This document shows, piece by piece, positions 8,899 through 18,478 of a stretch of DNA of 64,000 bases. The position numbers were made by a program, and so were the translations under genes. The stretch spans positions 1 through 64,000 of IMG/VR virus record IMGVR_UViG_3300049489_000283, one strand, 5' to 3'. Below the pieces are notes generated by a model. It worked only from the letters and a program-made list of their open reading frames with translations. It ran no database searches and was not told the DNA's origin. The first letter of the stretch is position 1, and every line of letters starts with the position of its first letter. This stretch comes from a virus.

Positions 8899-9222
8899 AT
8901 GCACGATAGGCAAATTGTTTTTGACTTCGACCGCGCTAGGCTGGCTCGGGAGTATTCGCTCTCAGGAGTGGAAGAAGGGAATGAGTCCGCCACGATCTTG
9001 TTTCGGCGATGCGCCGAGATTGTCGCGGCTGAGGGCAAGCCATTCACCACGGACGACGTTTTATTGCGGTTCCCGTCGCTGGAAGACGTTCGCGAAAAAC
9101 GATGCTTCGGTGCTGTGATGATGAAAATGAGCAGAGATGGAATCATTCGGCCTGTTGGATACAGCGGATCGTCTCGGGTGGTCAGTCATGCTCGACCAAA
9201 GATGGTATGGGTGAAAGCGTGA
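8899..9222 (+). CDS. Hypothetical protein, possibly winged-helix-like
   Basis: FTTDDV...FGAVM..MSRDGII.PVGY...HARP. Confidence 0.6.
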   Translation: MHDRQIVFDFDRARLAREYSLSGVEEGNESATILFRRCAEIVAAEGKPFTTDDVLLRFPSLEDVREKRCFGAVMMKMSRDGIIRPVGYSGSSRVVSHARPKMVWVKA

Positions 9223-9231
9223 CGCGCACGC

Positions 9232-9334
9232 GGGCCAGTGTCCGACAGTACACAGCGATAGTCGAAACGCGGAACGGTACCAAGTGCGCCACTGTGGGCG
9301 CATGGATTTGCGGGTTCGAGTCCCGTCTGGCCCT
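9232..9334 (+). tRNA. Non-canonical tRNA-like element with an enlarged D-region, possible GTG (His) anticodon
   Basis: Acceptor GGGCCAG/CTGGCCC. T-arm GCGGG-TTCGAGT-CCCGT. Hairpin TGCGCC-ACTGTG-GGCGCA. Confidence 0.45.
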
Positions 9335-9351
9335 TTAGTGGAGTTCATCGC

Positions 9352-9741
9352 ATGAGTGACGTGAATTGGAAGTCAGATGGCTCGTTGGTCTGTATCGAGG
9401 ATTGTTCCTGGGTGTTCTTTCCACGGAGAAGCGGGTTTCTGACGGCCCATCAGCTTCGAGAGATCGCGGACGAGCTGGATCAACGAAACACCTGCGTGGC
9501 AGAAAAGATTGAGAAGGCCCTGGGTCCAGAAGATGGAGTCGAGGGCTCGGTGGACTCGGTCGCCAGGATGCTCGCGCTAACTGGCAAGCAGAAGGAGATG
9601 ATGATGCTTCACGGGACACCAGCGGAGTTCGCCAAGGGCGTCTACGAGATTGTCCCGAAGTTTATCAGCATGGGCGAGGCTGAAGCAGCAATCAGGATTT
9701 ACCAGGGAGAGTGGGAAAGGGCAGGTAAAGATGTCGAGTGA
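9352..9741 (+). CDS. Hypothetical protein
   Basis: ORF with GGAG RBS. Confidence 0.6.
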   Translation: MSDVNWKSDGSLVCIEDCSWVFFPRRSGFLTAHQLREIADELDQRNTCVAEKIEKALGPEDGVEGSVDSVARMLALTGKQKEMMMLHGTPAEFAKGVYEIVPKFISMGEAEAAIRIYQGEWERAGKDVE

Positions 9742-10174
9742 CTACCTGGAAGACTTTAAGCAGCGGCTGCTTGAAGAAAAGCAGCAGATTGAGCAGCGGA
9801 TCATTGATCTGAAGAAGTGGCTTGCAAGAGTGTCGGGCTCGGATGACGAGCGAGTCCCTCTCGATGATGCGAACCTGATTGTTCTCCAGATCAAGTTCAT
9901 GGAGGGCTACGTGAACGCGCTGGAGGGGCGAGTGGCGAAGATCTCGATGGAGATCGCGCTGCGTGGCGGTGTTGTGCCTTTGTACAAGAGCAAGACGTTC
10001 TGTGATTCGTCGCACCTGTGCGCGAACCAGGGTTGTCGGCTGCGGCTCACCGACGAGGAGCGGCTTGAGGCCAGGATTCAGGCAAAGTGGATCTGCTGGG
10101 ATGACTTTCGTTCTGATCCAGCGATGTGTGTCGGGTTTGTTTCGTTTCCTACTATTGATGACATAAGTCGATGA
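9731..10174 (+). CDS. crAss001_48-like coiled-coil protein with a C-terminal Cys-rich segment
   Basis: FKQRLLEEKQQIEQRI..LKKWL...LQIKFMEGYVNALEGRV, similar to 15422-15670. Confidence 0.55.
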   Translation: MSSDYLEDFKQRLLEEKQQIEQRIIDLKKWLARVSGSDDERVPLDDANLIVLQIKFMEGYVNALEGRVAKISMEIALRGGVVPLYKSKTFCDSSHLCANQGCRLRLTDEERLEARIQAKWICWDDFRSDPAMCVGFVSFPTIDDISR

Positions 10175-10632
10175 GAACGCCAGACGAGTATTTAGTGGTT
10201 ACGCTCCGAGTGACAGCACAGAATATCGAGAGTTTTGATGGTGTGATCAACGCGGCGCTCGATGAAGCTGCGGACAGGATCGAGCTGCTGGGCGATTCGA
10301 TTCACATGATCCGAGACGCGGTTCTCAACCAGTATTACCAGTTGTCCGGGATGGGCGTGGGGCGTGACGTGATCAACGCGGTCCTGGGGATCATCGACGA
10401 CTTCGACGCGAGGGTACTCTCTGGTTTCGAAGATCCTCCTCGCACGCGGGACACGAGCTGCGACCTGAAGGAAGGCGACATCGTCGAGCCTGGGGATGAG
10501 CTTTTGGATCTGGAGCTGCTGCGACGGGCGCACCGCTGGCAGCCATGTAGCTTCACGATTGGCGAGCCGGTCACGAGCGAGATGCTGGCTAGACATCGTT
10601 ACCGCAGACCGAGGAATGTGGCCGAGCAATGA
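10171..10632 (+). CDS. Hypothetical protein carrying a module shared with 57630-58388
   Basis: DLKEGDIVEPGDE...WQP...TIG...RHRYRR. Confidence 0.6.
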   Translation: MRTPDEYLVVTLRVTAQNIESFDGVINAALDEAADRIELLGDSIHMIRDAVLNQYYQLSGMGVGRDVINAVLGIIDDFDARVLSGFEDPPRTRDTSCDLKEGDIVEPGDELLDLELLRRAHRWQPCSFTIGEPVTSEMLARHRYRRPRNVAEQ

Positions 10633-11003
10633 GCGATCAGGCTGAGCAAGAGAAGAAGTACCCAGACATTTGGTACTTCGACCAGAACCGTCGTATCTAT
10701 CCGCGCGATGCGAATGGCAGGCCGTTTGGTTCTCCTATCTGGCGTGAGCACTGGGTGAAGCTCCAGATCGTTGGCGAGACATCGCGAAGCTGGGTTCCTC
10801 GTTTCGGCAAGAAGATCCCCAAGAGCGAGGCGGTTAGGAAGGAGAACAGAATGTCACAGTATGCGTTCTCCGAAGAAGAGATTGATCGCTTGGCTTTCAT
10901 TCAGAATCGACACCGGATCGCAACGAAGGTTTCGAACTGCCAGGACTACGAGACGCTCCGGAAGGTGGCAGAGTTGATTGGATTTAAGGAGGAGGTTCTA
11001 TGA
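10629..11003 (+). CDS. Hypothetical protein
   Basis: ATGA coupling on both sides. Confidence 0.6.
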   Translation: MSDQAEQEKKYPDIWYFDQNRRIYPRDANGRPFGSPIWREHWVKLQIVGETSRSWVPRFGKKIPKSEAVRKENRMSQYAFSEEEIDRLAFIQNRHRIATKVSNCQDYETLRKVAELIGFKEEVL

Positions 11004-11197
11004 TCGATTGGCAAGATTTCATCGGCGGGTTCGCGGGCGGTTTGTTTGTGGGAAGCCTGATCCAGTGGATCACGCTGAGGATGTGGTCGCGGACGCTTAG
11101 CGACTGGGAGGATTCGATCGCCAACCGGCCAGAGTGGCCGTGCCTTCATCAGCACGACTGCTGCCAGACGGATGACGAAGAGGATGACGACGAGTGA
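11000..11197 (+). CDS. Small membrane protein
   Basis: Hydrophobic N-terminus, GGAGG RBS. Confidence 0.5.
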   Translation: MIDWQDFIGGFAGGLFVGSLIQWITLRMWSRTLSDWEDSIANRPEWPCLHQHDCCQTDDEEDDDE

Positions 11198-11292
11198 TCA
11201 GCGCCGAAGCGATGGTCTGGATTTTGCTGGCGTGGAACGCGGTGGTCACGCTGGTTGTTTTGTTTCGACCGAACAGATGAGGAATCGAGGCG

Positions 11293-11514
11293 GTGATAAG
11301 TGGCCTGAAGAAATCCGACAAGGTGCCACTGATGCAGTGCATCCAGCATGTCGAGCAGTGGATGCGTCAGAGCACGTTTGCGGGTGGCGACAGCGATCCG
11401 CTGGCTCGTGACTTGACATCCGTGCTGGAGGCCGCGAAAGCGCTGGCCCTTATGGAACAAAACGAGCAAACGCTACGAGAACTTGGTTACGAAGGAGATG
11501 ATCAGTATGAGTGA
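11293..11514 (+). CDS. Hypothetical protein
   Basis: ORF within a coupled gene run. Confidence 0.5.
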   Translation: MISGLKKSDKVPLMQCIQHVEQWMRQSTFAGGDSDPLARDLTSVLEAAKALALMEQNEQTLRELGYEGDDQYE

Positions 11515-12586
11515 GTGGATGAGTCCCGATGACAGATTGCCGACAGATGCTGACTCGGATAGTGATCGCAATGTGTGGGTTTCAAGTAAAGGACAGGTGT
11601 ACAAACTGTTCTGGGGACTTGCCGCGATCAACAAGCATGTCTGGATGCCGATTACAAAGCCCGCTGCTTACGTGGGACCGGAGCCAGGGCCGGACACGAG
11701 TTTGGCGGCTAGCATTGAACGGTTAGAGGGGCACGACTGGCTCAAAAAGCATGCGTGTCGGCAGATATTGGACGACATTGCAAAACTTATCGAAGCCGCA
11801 CGTAATTGGGACGAGCAAGTACGGCAAATGAAAGCGGATTTCGATGCAATGACCGAACTGGGATTTAACGAGTGTGTGGACGGGAAAGCAAGCAACGACC
11901 CCGACGGAGTTGGTGAGGGGTGGGAGTCGATGAAGGCTGGTGAGATGAGGCACATTGGCGGATACGAGTTCAAAGATAGGTGCGACAAAGAGTGGAAGTC
12001 AGGGACATGCAACGGACCTATAGAGCCGTGCGAGCTTGATTTCAATCAGTACCGTCGCCGCATCGAAACGCCGGAGCCGACAAGCCCTGCGGTGAGTCAC
12101 GAATCCGATCTTCGTGAGAGACTTGGTAAGCGAGTGCGTCAGGTGTGGGTTGATTGGGCTAAGAGACACCCTAATCCAAAGCCTAGCTGGCTGATCGACT
12201 GGGATGACCTGCCAGAGGATATGAAGGAAGTAGATAGGTGCATCGGGGCAGCCATCTACGGCGATTGCTTTGCCGAGCATCAGGAAGCGATTGCATCACA
12301 CGCAATCCAGCAGTCGCTGAAGCGAACCGACGAGCCACCGGGTAAGCCGCGTGAGTTCTGGCTAGACCTTCAGTGTGGTGCCGTCATTGAGATCGACGAC
12401 ACCAGCGATTGCGGCGATGCTGTCGATATGGTGCGTGTCCGTGAAGTCAACGACGAGCACGACGAATGGACGGCGAAGCTGATTGAGTTGTGCGAAGCAA
12501 TCGTCGGGTACACAGGAAGCCATACAAAGTCTGAGGCTGTTTTGATCAATGATATGTGCGAGCACATGGAAGCGAGGCCGCAATGA
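11507..12586 (+). CDS. Modular hypothetical protein (paralog of 57630-58388) with a C-terminal VREVN-EHD-W module
   Basis: Shared blocks DTSLAASIERLE, AARNWD, DGVGEGW. Confidence 0.7.
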   Translation: MSEWMSPDDRLPTDADSDSDRNVWVSSKGQVYKLFWGLAAINKHVWMPITKPAAYVGPEPGPDTSLAASIERLEGHDWLKKHACRQILDDIAKLIEAARNWDEQVRQMKADFDAMTELGFNECVDGKASNDPDGVGEGWESMKAGEMRHIGGYEFKDRCDKEWKSGTCNGPIEPCELDFNQYRRRIETPEPTSPAVSHESDLRERLGKRVRQVWVDWAKRHPNPKPSWLIDWDDLPEDMKEVDRCIGAAIYGDCFAEHQEAIASHAIQQSLKRTDEPPGKPREFWLDLQCGAVIEIDDTSDCGDAVDMVRVREVNDEHDEWTAKLIELCEAIVGYTGSHTKSEAVLINDMCEHMEARPQ

Positions 12587-12798
12587 GTGAGCCGAGGGAG
12601 TACACACTGCGATGGTCGATGCGTGAGGGGTGCTATCACGTTGACCCGACAAACCAGATAGTTAGTGACGAAATCCATCTCCGCGAAGTCAACGCCGCAC
12701 ACGATGCCTGGGTGGAGAGGCTGATTGAGTTGTGCGCAGACAAATGCAGACTTCTGCGTCATGACATTCGAGAACACATGGAAGCGAGGCCGCAATGA
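12583..12798 (+). CDS. Small paralog with the VREVN-HD-W module
   Basis: LREVNAAHDAWVERLIELC...EHMEARPQ. Confidence 0.65.
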   Translation: MSEPREYTLRWSMREGCYHVDPTNQIVSDEIHLREVNAAHDAWVERLIELCADKCRLLRHDIREHMEARPQ

Positions 12799-13034
12799 GT
12801 CAGCGTGAGTGGTGGATCGACACGTTCCTAGATAAGCCAGCTATCTATAGCAGTCGCAAAGAGAGCATTGTCCACGTCCGCGAAGTCAACGCCGAACACG
12901 ATGCGTGGGTCGAGAGGCTGATTGAGTTCGCCGACACGTTTGAGCGGTACCTGCGGGCAGTCGAAACAGGCGAGGATGAACGAGGGATTTGGTACCACGT
13001 AGTGGCTGCGTGGCACAGGTCGAAATCGAGGTAG
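12795..13034 (+). CDS. Small paralog with the VREVN-EHD-W module
   Basis: REWWID...VREVNAEHDAWVERLIEF. Confidence 0.65.
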   Translation: MSQREWWIDTFLDKPAIYSSRKESIVHVREVNAEHDAWVERLIEFADTFERYLRAVETGEDERGIWYHVVAAWHRSKSR

Positions 13035-13038
13035 CAAA

Positions 13039-13266
13039 ATGGAAGTCGTGTTCTGGATCGTGCTTGCTGGTGGCATTGCCTGGATGGTCAGCAAGTACCT
13101 CAAGCAAAAGAAGTCAACGAAGGAGCATCGCACCGACATGGTCCAGTTGGCTTACCGTGACGGGGTCAGCGCCAAGATGTCTGGGTGGCCAATTGAGTCG
13201 AATCCCTATGTGCCACTGACTGATCGGTGGACGGCGTATCGTGAAGGGTGGAACAATGGAAAGTAA
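13039..13266 (+). CDS. Small membrane-anchored protein with an Rmf/CrpP-like C-terminal pattern
   Basis: N-terminal TM segment, then AYRDGVSA...NPY...W..YREGW. Confidence 0.55.
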   Translation: MEVVFWIVLAGGIAWMVSKYLKQKKSTKEHRTDMVQLAYRDGVSAKMSGWPIESNPYVPLTDRWTAYREGWNNGK

Positions 13267-14421
13267 AGTGAAGCCGACCAGTAAGATCATCAAGGATCTT
13301 CGCAGTTGCCTCACACATGACGTGGGCGCTCCTGGGGAGTATCCGATCGAAACTTTCGCCAGGGAGGCTGCCGATAGGCTGGAAGAGATCATGAAGCTCT
13401 GGCTGGAAATCGATCTCGTTGAGTATTTTGACGAACTAGCGGATAAAGGTGAGGTCGGCTGAAATGGCAAAGGTTGTCCTTGTTCGCTTTGAAAACGATA
13501 TGGCGACGGAACTGAGTCCATCGCAGGAAGTGAGAAGCTGGGAGTTTGAAAGCGAGGTGAACTTGTCCCAACTGGAAATGAAGTGTCCAGAGTGTGGTCA
13601 CATTGCCAGTCTGGCTGACCGTTGTTTTGAAGTTTGCGAGCACGAGTTTCCGGGTTTTCATAAGTCGTTCGCGGTGGACGGTGTGCCACAAGCAGTTCGT
13701 GATGGATTCAACAGGCGAATCCGTTGGATCAATGTGGTTGGTGAGCGATGAGCGAAAGGGAGTCTTTAACGATGAAGAACATGAAAGACATGAAGCAGCA
13801 GGACTTGAAAGAGTATCTCGATCCGCTGATGCGTGTGATCGATAGCTACAAGACGCCAGACACTCTTGGCTATCTGCTGGTCTACCGGCTTGAAAACGGG
13901 TTTGTCCAGTACGCATCGACAATGCCGCAAAGCGAGGTAATCGAAGCGATGCGAAGCGTTGCCGACATGGTGGAATCAGGGAACGTCGTAGACTATGAAC
14001 GACAGGCTTAGCGATTCAGGCCTTCGGGCACTGGCAAAGTTTCGAGGATCGCTCGTGATCGTGGAGTGTGGTCCACCAGCCGGGGACACCGGAGCATGTC
14101 CGCTGTGCGGTTGCCGGATCTTCTTTGACGACAGTGGATGGGACACCTGCTACGACTGCCTGGACTATTCGGTGCTGGCGAGTGACAGGGAGCGAATTGA
14201 GAATGAGATCCGAAAAGGAAGATCTAATGACGACGCATCACGCAAGGATGGAGCGGATGAAGAAGGTGCTCCCATCGTCGATCAAGATGCCAAGGAAGAC
14301 CAAGAAGGCATGGAAGAAGCGGATGATCCGCAACACCGAGAGGATGTATCCTGAGTTCCACTACCTGATGACGTTCCGGTGGGACGCGGGGCGTGGGTGG
14401 ACGGTTTGGTTCTTGAATTAG
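13256..14421 (+). other. Run of five small overlapping hypothetical ORFs (about 13256-13462, 13464-13751, 13748-14011, 13995-14354, 14227-14421)
   Basis: Closely packed or overlapping starts and stops. Two carry CxxC motifs. Confidence 0.5.
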
Positions 14422-14472
14422 GGCTGTTCGGTGATACGTTTTGTTGGTCTTCTCCAACGACACGAGGTCACA

Positions 14473-15429
14473 ATGACGGCAGCTTTTCAGGAAAGAATGA
14501 CTTTCTATGTAGCGGGTCCAATGCGTGGTCGCCCGTTCTTCAATTTTCCAGCCTTCGACAAGGCAAGGGACTATCTTGAGGCTCTCGGGTGCAGCGTGAT
14601 CTCACCGGCGGATCTCGATCGAGAGAGTGGTTTTGATCCCGCTGGATTGCCAGCAGACCACGACTGGAGCTTCATTCCCAACGGATTTGATCTCCATGCC
14701 GCGATCGACCGCGACATCGCGGCGCTAAAGAGGTGCGACGGGATCTATCTGCTGGAGGGCTGGGAGAACTCACGCGGCGCTCTGGCCGAAAAGGCGATGG
14801 CCGAGTGGCTGGGGCTGTGGATCATGTACCAGCGAGGTCAACACCACGGTCCCTTCGAAACACGGAAGGACTCACCGCCGATCGTGATTGGAATCCGTGG
14901 ACCCATTGGCTCTGGCAAGAGTTCGATCGCGAAGCGACTTGCCGCTACGCAGGAGAACTGCGAGGTGATCTCGCTGGCTTCTCCGCTGAAGAAGATGCTC
15001 CGCGCCGCCGGTGTTCCGCAGGAGAATCTCTACGGCACGACAGCCGAGAAGGACGCGCCGCTTCCGATGCTCTGTGGCCGCAATGGCCGGTACGCCATGC
15101 AGACCCTGGGGACCGAGTGGGGCAGGCAGCTCATCGGTCCAAGGATTTGGCTCAACCTGTGGCGTCACGAGGTTTTGAAGTCGGGTGCCGATCTGGTTGT
15201 CTGCGACGACATCCGGTTCGCCGACGAGGCCGACGAGATCCGGGACATGGGCGGGATCGTGTTCGAGCTGACTGGTCGCGGGATGCACCGCAACGACGAC
15301 CACATCAGTGAGTCGGACAAGGTGGTGCCCGACCTGCTGATCGACAACTCTGGATCGATCGAGGCGACCTGCCAAGCGATCTGCGATGTGGTGTTTGGCT
15401 CTGCGCTAACGAGGTGTCTGCTTGTTTGA
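14473..15429 (+). CDS. Fusion of DUF4406 (nucleoside 2-deoxyribosyltransferase-like) and deoxynucleoside monophosphate kinase
   Basis: YVAGPMRGRPFFNFPAF...SPAD...CDGIYLLEGWENSRGALAE, then P-loop GPIGSGKSS, SLASPLKK, RYAMQTLGTEWGR, DDIRFADEA. Confidence 0.85.
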   Translation: MTAAFQERMTFYVAGPMRGRPFFNFPAFDKARDYLEALGCSVISPADLDRESGFDPAGLPADHDWSFIPNGFDLHAAIDRDIAALKRCDGIYLLEGWENSRGALAEKAMAEWLGLWIMYQRGQHHGPFETRKDSPPIVIGIRGPIGSGKSSIAKRLAATQENCEVISLASPLKKMLRAAGVPQENLYGTTAEKDAPLPMLCGRNGRYAMQTLGTEWGRQLIGPRIWLNLWRHEVLKSGADLVVCDDIRFADEADEIRDMGGIVFELTGRGMHRNDDHISESDKVVPDLLIDNSGSIEATCQAICDVVFGSALTRCLLV

Positions 15430-15670
15430 TCCCCTATTTGAATTTGATTTCGACGGTGTCGAGTTGGCGCCATGGGCCAAGCGGGTCGTGGGAGAACACC
15501 AGGATCTGGTCGAGAAGATCAAAAAACTCTCGGCATACATCAGCTCAGACAGTCGCTATGGCGATCTCCATGAATCACATCAGTCGCTGCTGGAAGAGCA
15601 GCTCATGGCGATGAAGGTGTACAAGTCGGTCTTGGACGAGCGGATTCGGTTGATCATCGCCGAATCGTGA
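15422..15670 (+). CDS. crAss001_48-like small protein
   Basis: WAKRVVGEHQDLVEKIKKL..YI...LLEEQLMAMKVY..VLDERI. Confidence 0.65.
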   Translation: MFDPLFEFDFDGVELAPWAKRVVGEHQDLVEKIKKLSAYISSDSRYGDLHESHQSLLEEQLMAMKVYKSVLDERIRLIIAES

Positions 15671-15685
15671 TCGATAACGGGCGAC

Positions 15686-16354
15686 ATGGCTGACATCGAT
15701 CAACGGCTGGACAACGAAGAGAAGCTGATTCTTTTGCTGCTTCTCCTGTGGAGATCCCAAGCGATCCCGTGGTGGTTCAATGCGCCGCCGTCGATGAAGC
15801 TCTTCGAGCAGAAGATCAAACAGTCAGGGGTTCCCGGTCTGGTCAATCAGATCACGACGAAACAGCTCAACCTGTTTCTCGACGAGGTGGGCTGGCAGGG
15901 TGATCGCTCTGAGTTCTACCGCCGCCTCCGTTTGGTCAACGACTCTGTCCTGTCAAACATGGCCAGGAAGATGGCCGATCGACATGCGAGCTGGCAGATC
16001 GACCCGGCCAGTCGGCTCGCGCAGGAGGTGGTTCCCGAGTGGGAGATTCGACGCGATGTGATCACGGATCTGAGCGGCGTGGCGTCGAAAGTCGAGCTGG
16101 GAACCAGGGAGTATTTGGCCAATCGTCATCAGATCGTGGTCGAGACCTACTGGAAGCTCGATCCTCTATCCAACTGGTGCGATACGTGTCTGAGTCTCGC
16201 CAACACGCATCAGTCCATCTGGTCCAGGCAGTTCCCTGGAGGTCCACCGGCGCATCCGAATTGCCGGTGCTACCTGGGTCATCACCGCGTTCTTTCGTCG
16301 GTTGATTGGACATCGCCCATGGGGCTCGCTGGTCTCGCAGCATCGCGCAGATAG
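15686..16354 (+). CDS. MuF/SPP1 gp7-like minor head protein (short, no toxin extension)
   Basis: CDTC...PPAHPNCRC at the C-terminus. Lies upstream of the protease and capsid genes. Confidence 0.8.
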   Translation: MADIDQRLDNEEKLILLLLLLWRSQAIPWWFNAPPSMKLFEQKIKQSGVPGLVNQITTKQLNLFLDEVGWQGDRSEFYRRLRLVNDSVLSNMARKMADRHASWQIDPASRLAQEVVPEWEIRRDVITDLSGVASKVELGTREYLANRHQIVVETYWKLDPLSNWCDTCLSLANTHQSIWSRQFPGGPPAHPNCRCYLGHHRVLSSVDWTSPMGLAGLAASRR

Positions 16355-16363
16355 CCCAGTCGG

Positions 16364-16609
16364 TTGAAAGTGGCCGAAATGGCGTTCACGCTCAGCGGCG
16401 GAATGGATTTGTCCACGTCTGGGAGTGAATCAAGGGTGTCAGCACAGAAGCGTCATACCCCACAGGAAGTCAGAGATCGGGTCAGAAAGCTCTTGGATCA
16501 GGGCTTGCCGATCTCGCTGATTTGCCAACGGATCAACATCACGCAATCAAGCGCGAAGCGAATCAGGAAGAGCTGGGAAGCCGAGCGGAGCGAAAACAAG
16601 GAAGAGTAA
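16364..16609 (+). CDS. Small HTH protein
   Basis: VRKLLDQGLPISLICQRINITQSSAKRIRK. Confidence 0.55.
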   Translation: MKVAEMAFTLSGGMDLSTSGSESRVSAQKRHTPQEVRDRVRKLLDQGLPISLICQRINITQSSAKRIRKSWEAERSENKEE

Positions 16610-16612
16610 CCG

Positions 16613-18385
16613 ATGCGATTGAGCCACTTGGTTCAGGGTCTGACAAGGACCGCGTCCAGCGCGACATCGCGACGGAAATCCTTGAGTCTGGTTGAGGAAC
16701 CGGCTGTTGATCGTGGCGCCATGAGCGCCACGGCAACCATCTGCACGGACATTGTCGATCACCAGCGAGAGGTGATCCTAGCGTCCGGGGTGCGACAAGA
16801 TCATTACATGAACAACCCCGTGGTTCTGTACGAGCACGGGGAGAACATCACGTTCGATCATCCGCTGGCGTATGCCGAGGATGAGCAGGGCAACTACACG
16901 GTCTGGCTCGACGGCGATCTCGTCATGGAAGGCACAGCTCACTTCAAGAAAGTGGGCTCCGTGTTCCCGATCGTCTACCAGTATTTCGGCTTGATCGACC
17001 TGGGCGTGCTTCGCGCCGTATCGATCCACGTTCAGCCGCTTCCGGGCGGTCTGGCTGTTTACCGAGACAGCGACGGCCAGAAGTATCAGGTGACCGAGAA
17101 GAGCGACCTGATCGAGTGGTCGTGGTGCAAGATTGGGGTCAACCCGGAAGCACTCCGGAAGGCCAAGCGGTTTGGCTCGAAACTCAACCCGGTCTTCTCT
17201 GATCCGATGATCCGCGCTGCGACGTTGCAAGCGGACCTCGCGGCTGCTGTTCTAAGACGAGATTCGATTGGCAACGAAAAGCTGCTGGAGCCAATCAGGA
17301 AAAGTCTCCTAGCAATGACGAGGACTGGTTCCTCCCTAACACTCAAGGATTCTGTAATGGCACGGAAGGCATTGACCACCAACCAGATTCGGTCTCTCTC
17401 GAAGGAAGAGCTGCGAGACATCGTCTCCAACAAGATGGGTCTCTACGACGCCCGGACGTGCCGTCAGCTCAAGTCGATGTACGCCAAAGTCCAGAAGGAC
17501 AATGGCGAGGACGTTGAGGACGAAGAGAGCGAAGATGAATTCCATCACGGCGCTGGCCCTGAAAAGGAAAGCGACCAGGAGGTTCCCGAGAAGAAGGTTC
17601 CTCCCAAGAAGAAGCCAGCCGCTCCTGTAGAGGGCGAGGAGGTCGAAGGCGAGGCAGTCGAGGGAGTTCCGCCCAAGAAGCCAGCAGTCCCGGCAGCTCC
17701 CGCTGTTCCTCCGGCACCTGGGGCGCCAGTGCCTCCCGATCAGAAAGCGAAACAAACACCGGCACCGGCGGCAGCTCCTGCGGCTCCCGCCGCCCCGGCC
17801 AAGCCAGTGATGGATTTTGGTGGCGAGCAGCCGCTGGGATCGAACATTCTTTCTCAGCTCTACGAAGCGCTGACCTACCTGCTTGACAACGCCGAAGGCG
17901 CCATGAAGCCGGTTGAGAATCCGGACGTGAAGGGCGGCATGGGTGAAATCATGACCCAGGCCCGCGCGATCCAGTCGGCGGTTGATGGTCTGCACCAGTC
18001 GGCTTACGGGACGAGTTTCGCCCAACCGGCCCAGGAAGAGCAAGACGAGGAGAAGCTGATCTTCGGGAAGCTGAAGAGCTTCTTGTCGAGCCGTGAGAAC
18101 CAAGTCGAAGGTTTCCAGGTGCTTGGCTATGAGGGGCAGCTCCGCCGGTTCTCGCAGCGCAAGGACGTGCCTGAGCCAGTCCGCAAATCACTCAGCTCGA
18201 TGTCCACCGGTTTGTCTGCGATTCGAAAGAGCGCGATGAGCGAGTCTTTCAGCCAGATCAGCAAGTCGGACTACGACGCTGTCGTTGCTCAGCGGAACGC
18301 CGCTGTTGCTGAACGTGACGCTGTGGCCAAGAAGCTGAGCGTTGCGATGGACTGGTTGGAGAAAGTTACTCCAGCCAGTGAATGA
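16613..18385 (+). CDS. HK97-type prohead protease fused to a scaffold-like C-terminal region
   Basis: VDHQREVI, YMNNPVVLYEH, LRAVSI, LIEWSWCKIGVNPEAL. Acidic/Pro-rich linker and coiled coil. Directly upstream of the capsid gene. Confidence 0.85.
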   Translation: MRLSHLVQGLTRTASSATSRRKSLSLVEEPAVDRGAMSATATICTDIVDHQREVILASGVRQDHYMNNPVVLYEHGENITFDHPLAYAEDEQGNYTVWLDGDLVMEGTAHFKKVGSVFPIVYQYFGLIDLGVLRAVSIHVQPLPGGLAVYRDSDGQKYQVTEKSDLIEWSWCKIGVNPEALRKAKRFGSKLNPVFSDPMIRAATLQADLAAAVLRRDSIGNEKLLEPIRKSLLAMTRTGSSLTLKDSVMARKALTTNQIRSLSKEELRDIVSNKMGLYDARTCRQLKSMYAKVQKDNGEDVEDEESEDEFHHGAGPEKESDQEVPEKKVPPKKKPAAPVEGEEVEGEAVEGVPPKKPAVPAAPAVPPAPGAPVPPDQKAKQTPAPAAAPAAPAAPAKPVMDFGGEQPLGSNILSQLYEALTYLLDNAEGAMKPVENPDVKGGMGEIMTQARAIQSAVDGLHQSAYGTSFAQPAQEEQDEEKLIFGKLKSFLSSRENQVEGFQVLGYEGQLRRFSQRKDVPEPVRKSLSSMSTGLSAIRKSAMSESFSQISKSDYDAVVAQRNAAVAERDAVAKKLSVAMDWLEKVTPASE

Positions 18386-18478
18386 GCCTGTTGCGAGTGG
18401 ACTTGCTCGCGACGAATTTTCAGAAACCAACACGTTGGGCCTTTAAGGAAAGTCTTCTAAGACAAGGACGTTTGACAG

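Noticed and set aside
15686-16354. MuF-fused polymorphic toxin
   Set aside because: MuF ends about 25 aa after HPNCRC with no toxin extension. The effector domains are in the separate gene at 24974.
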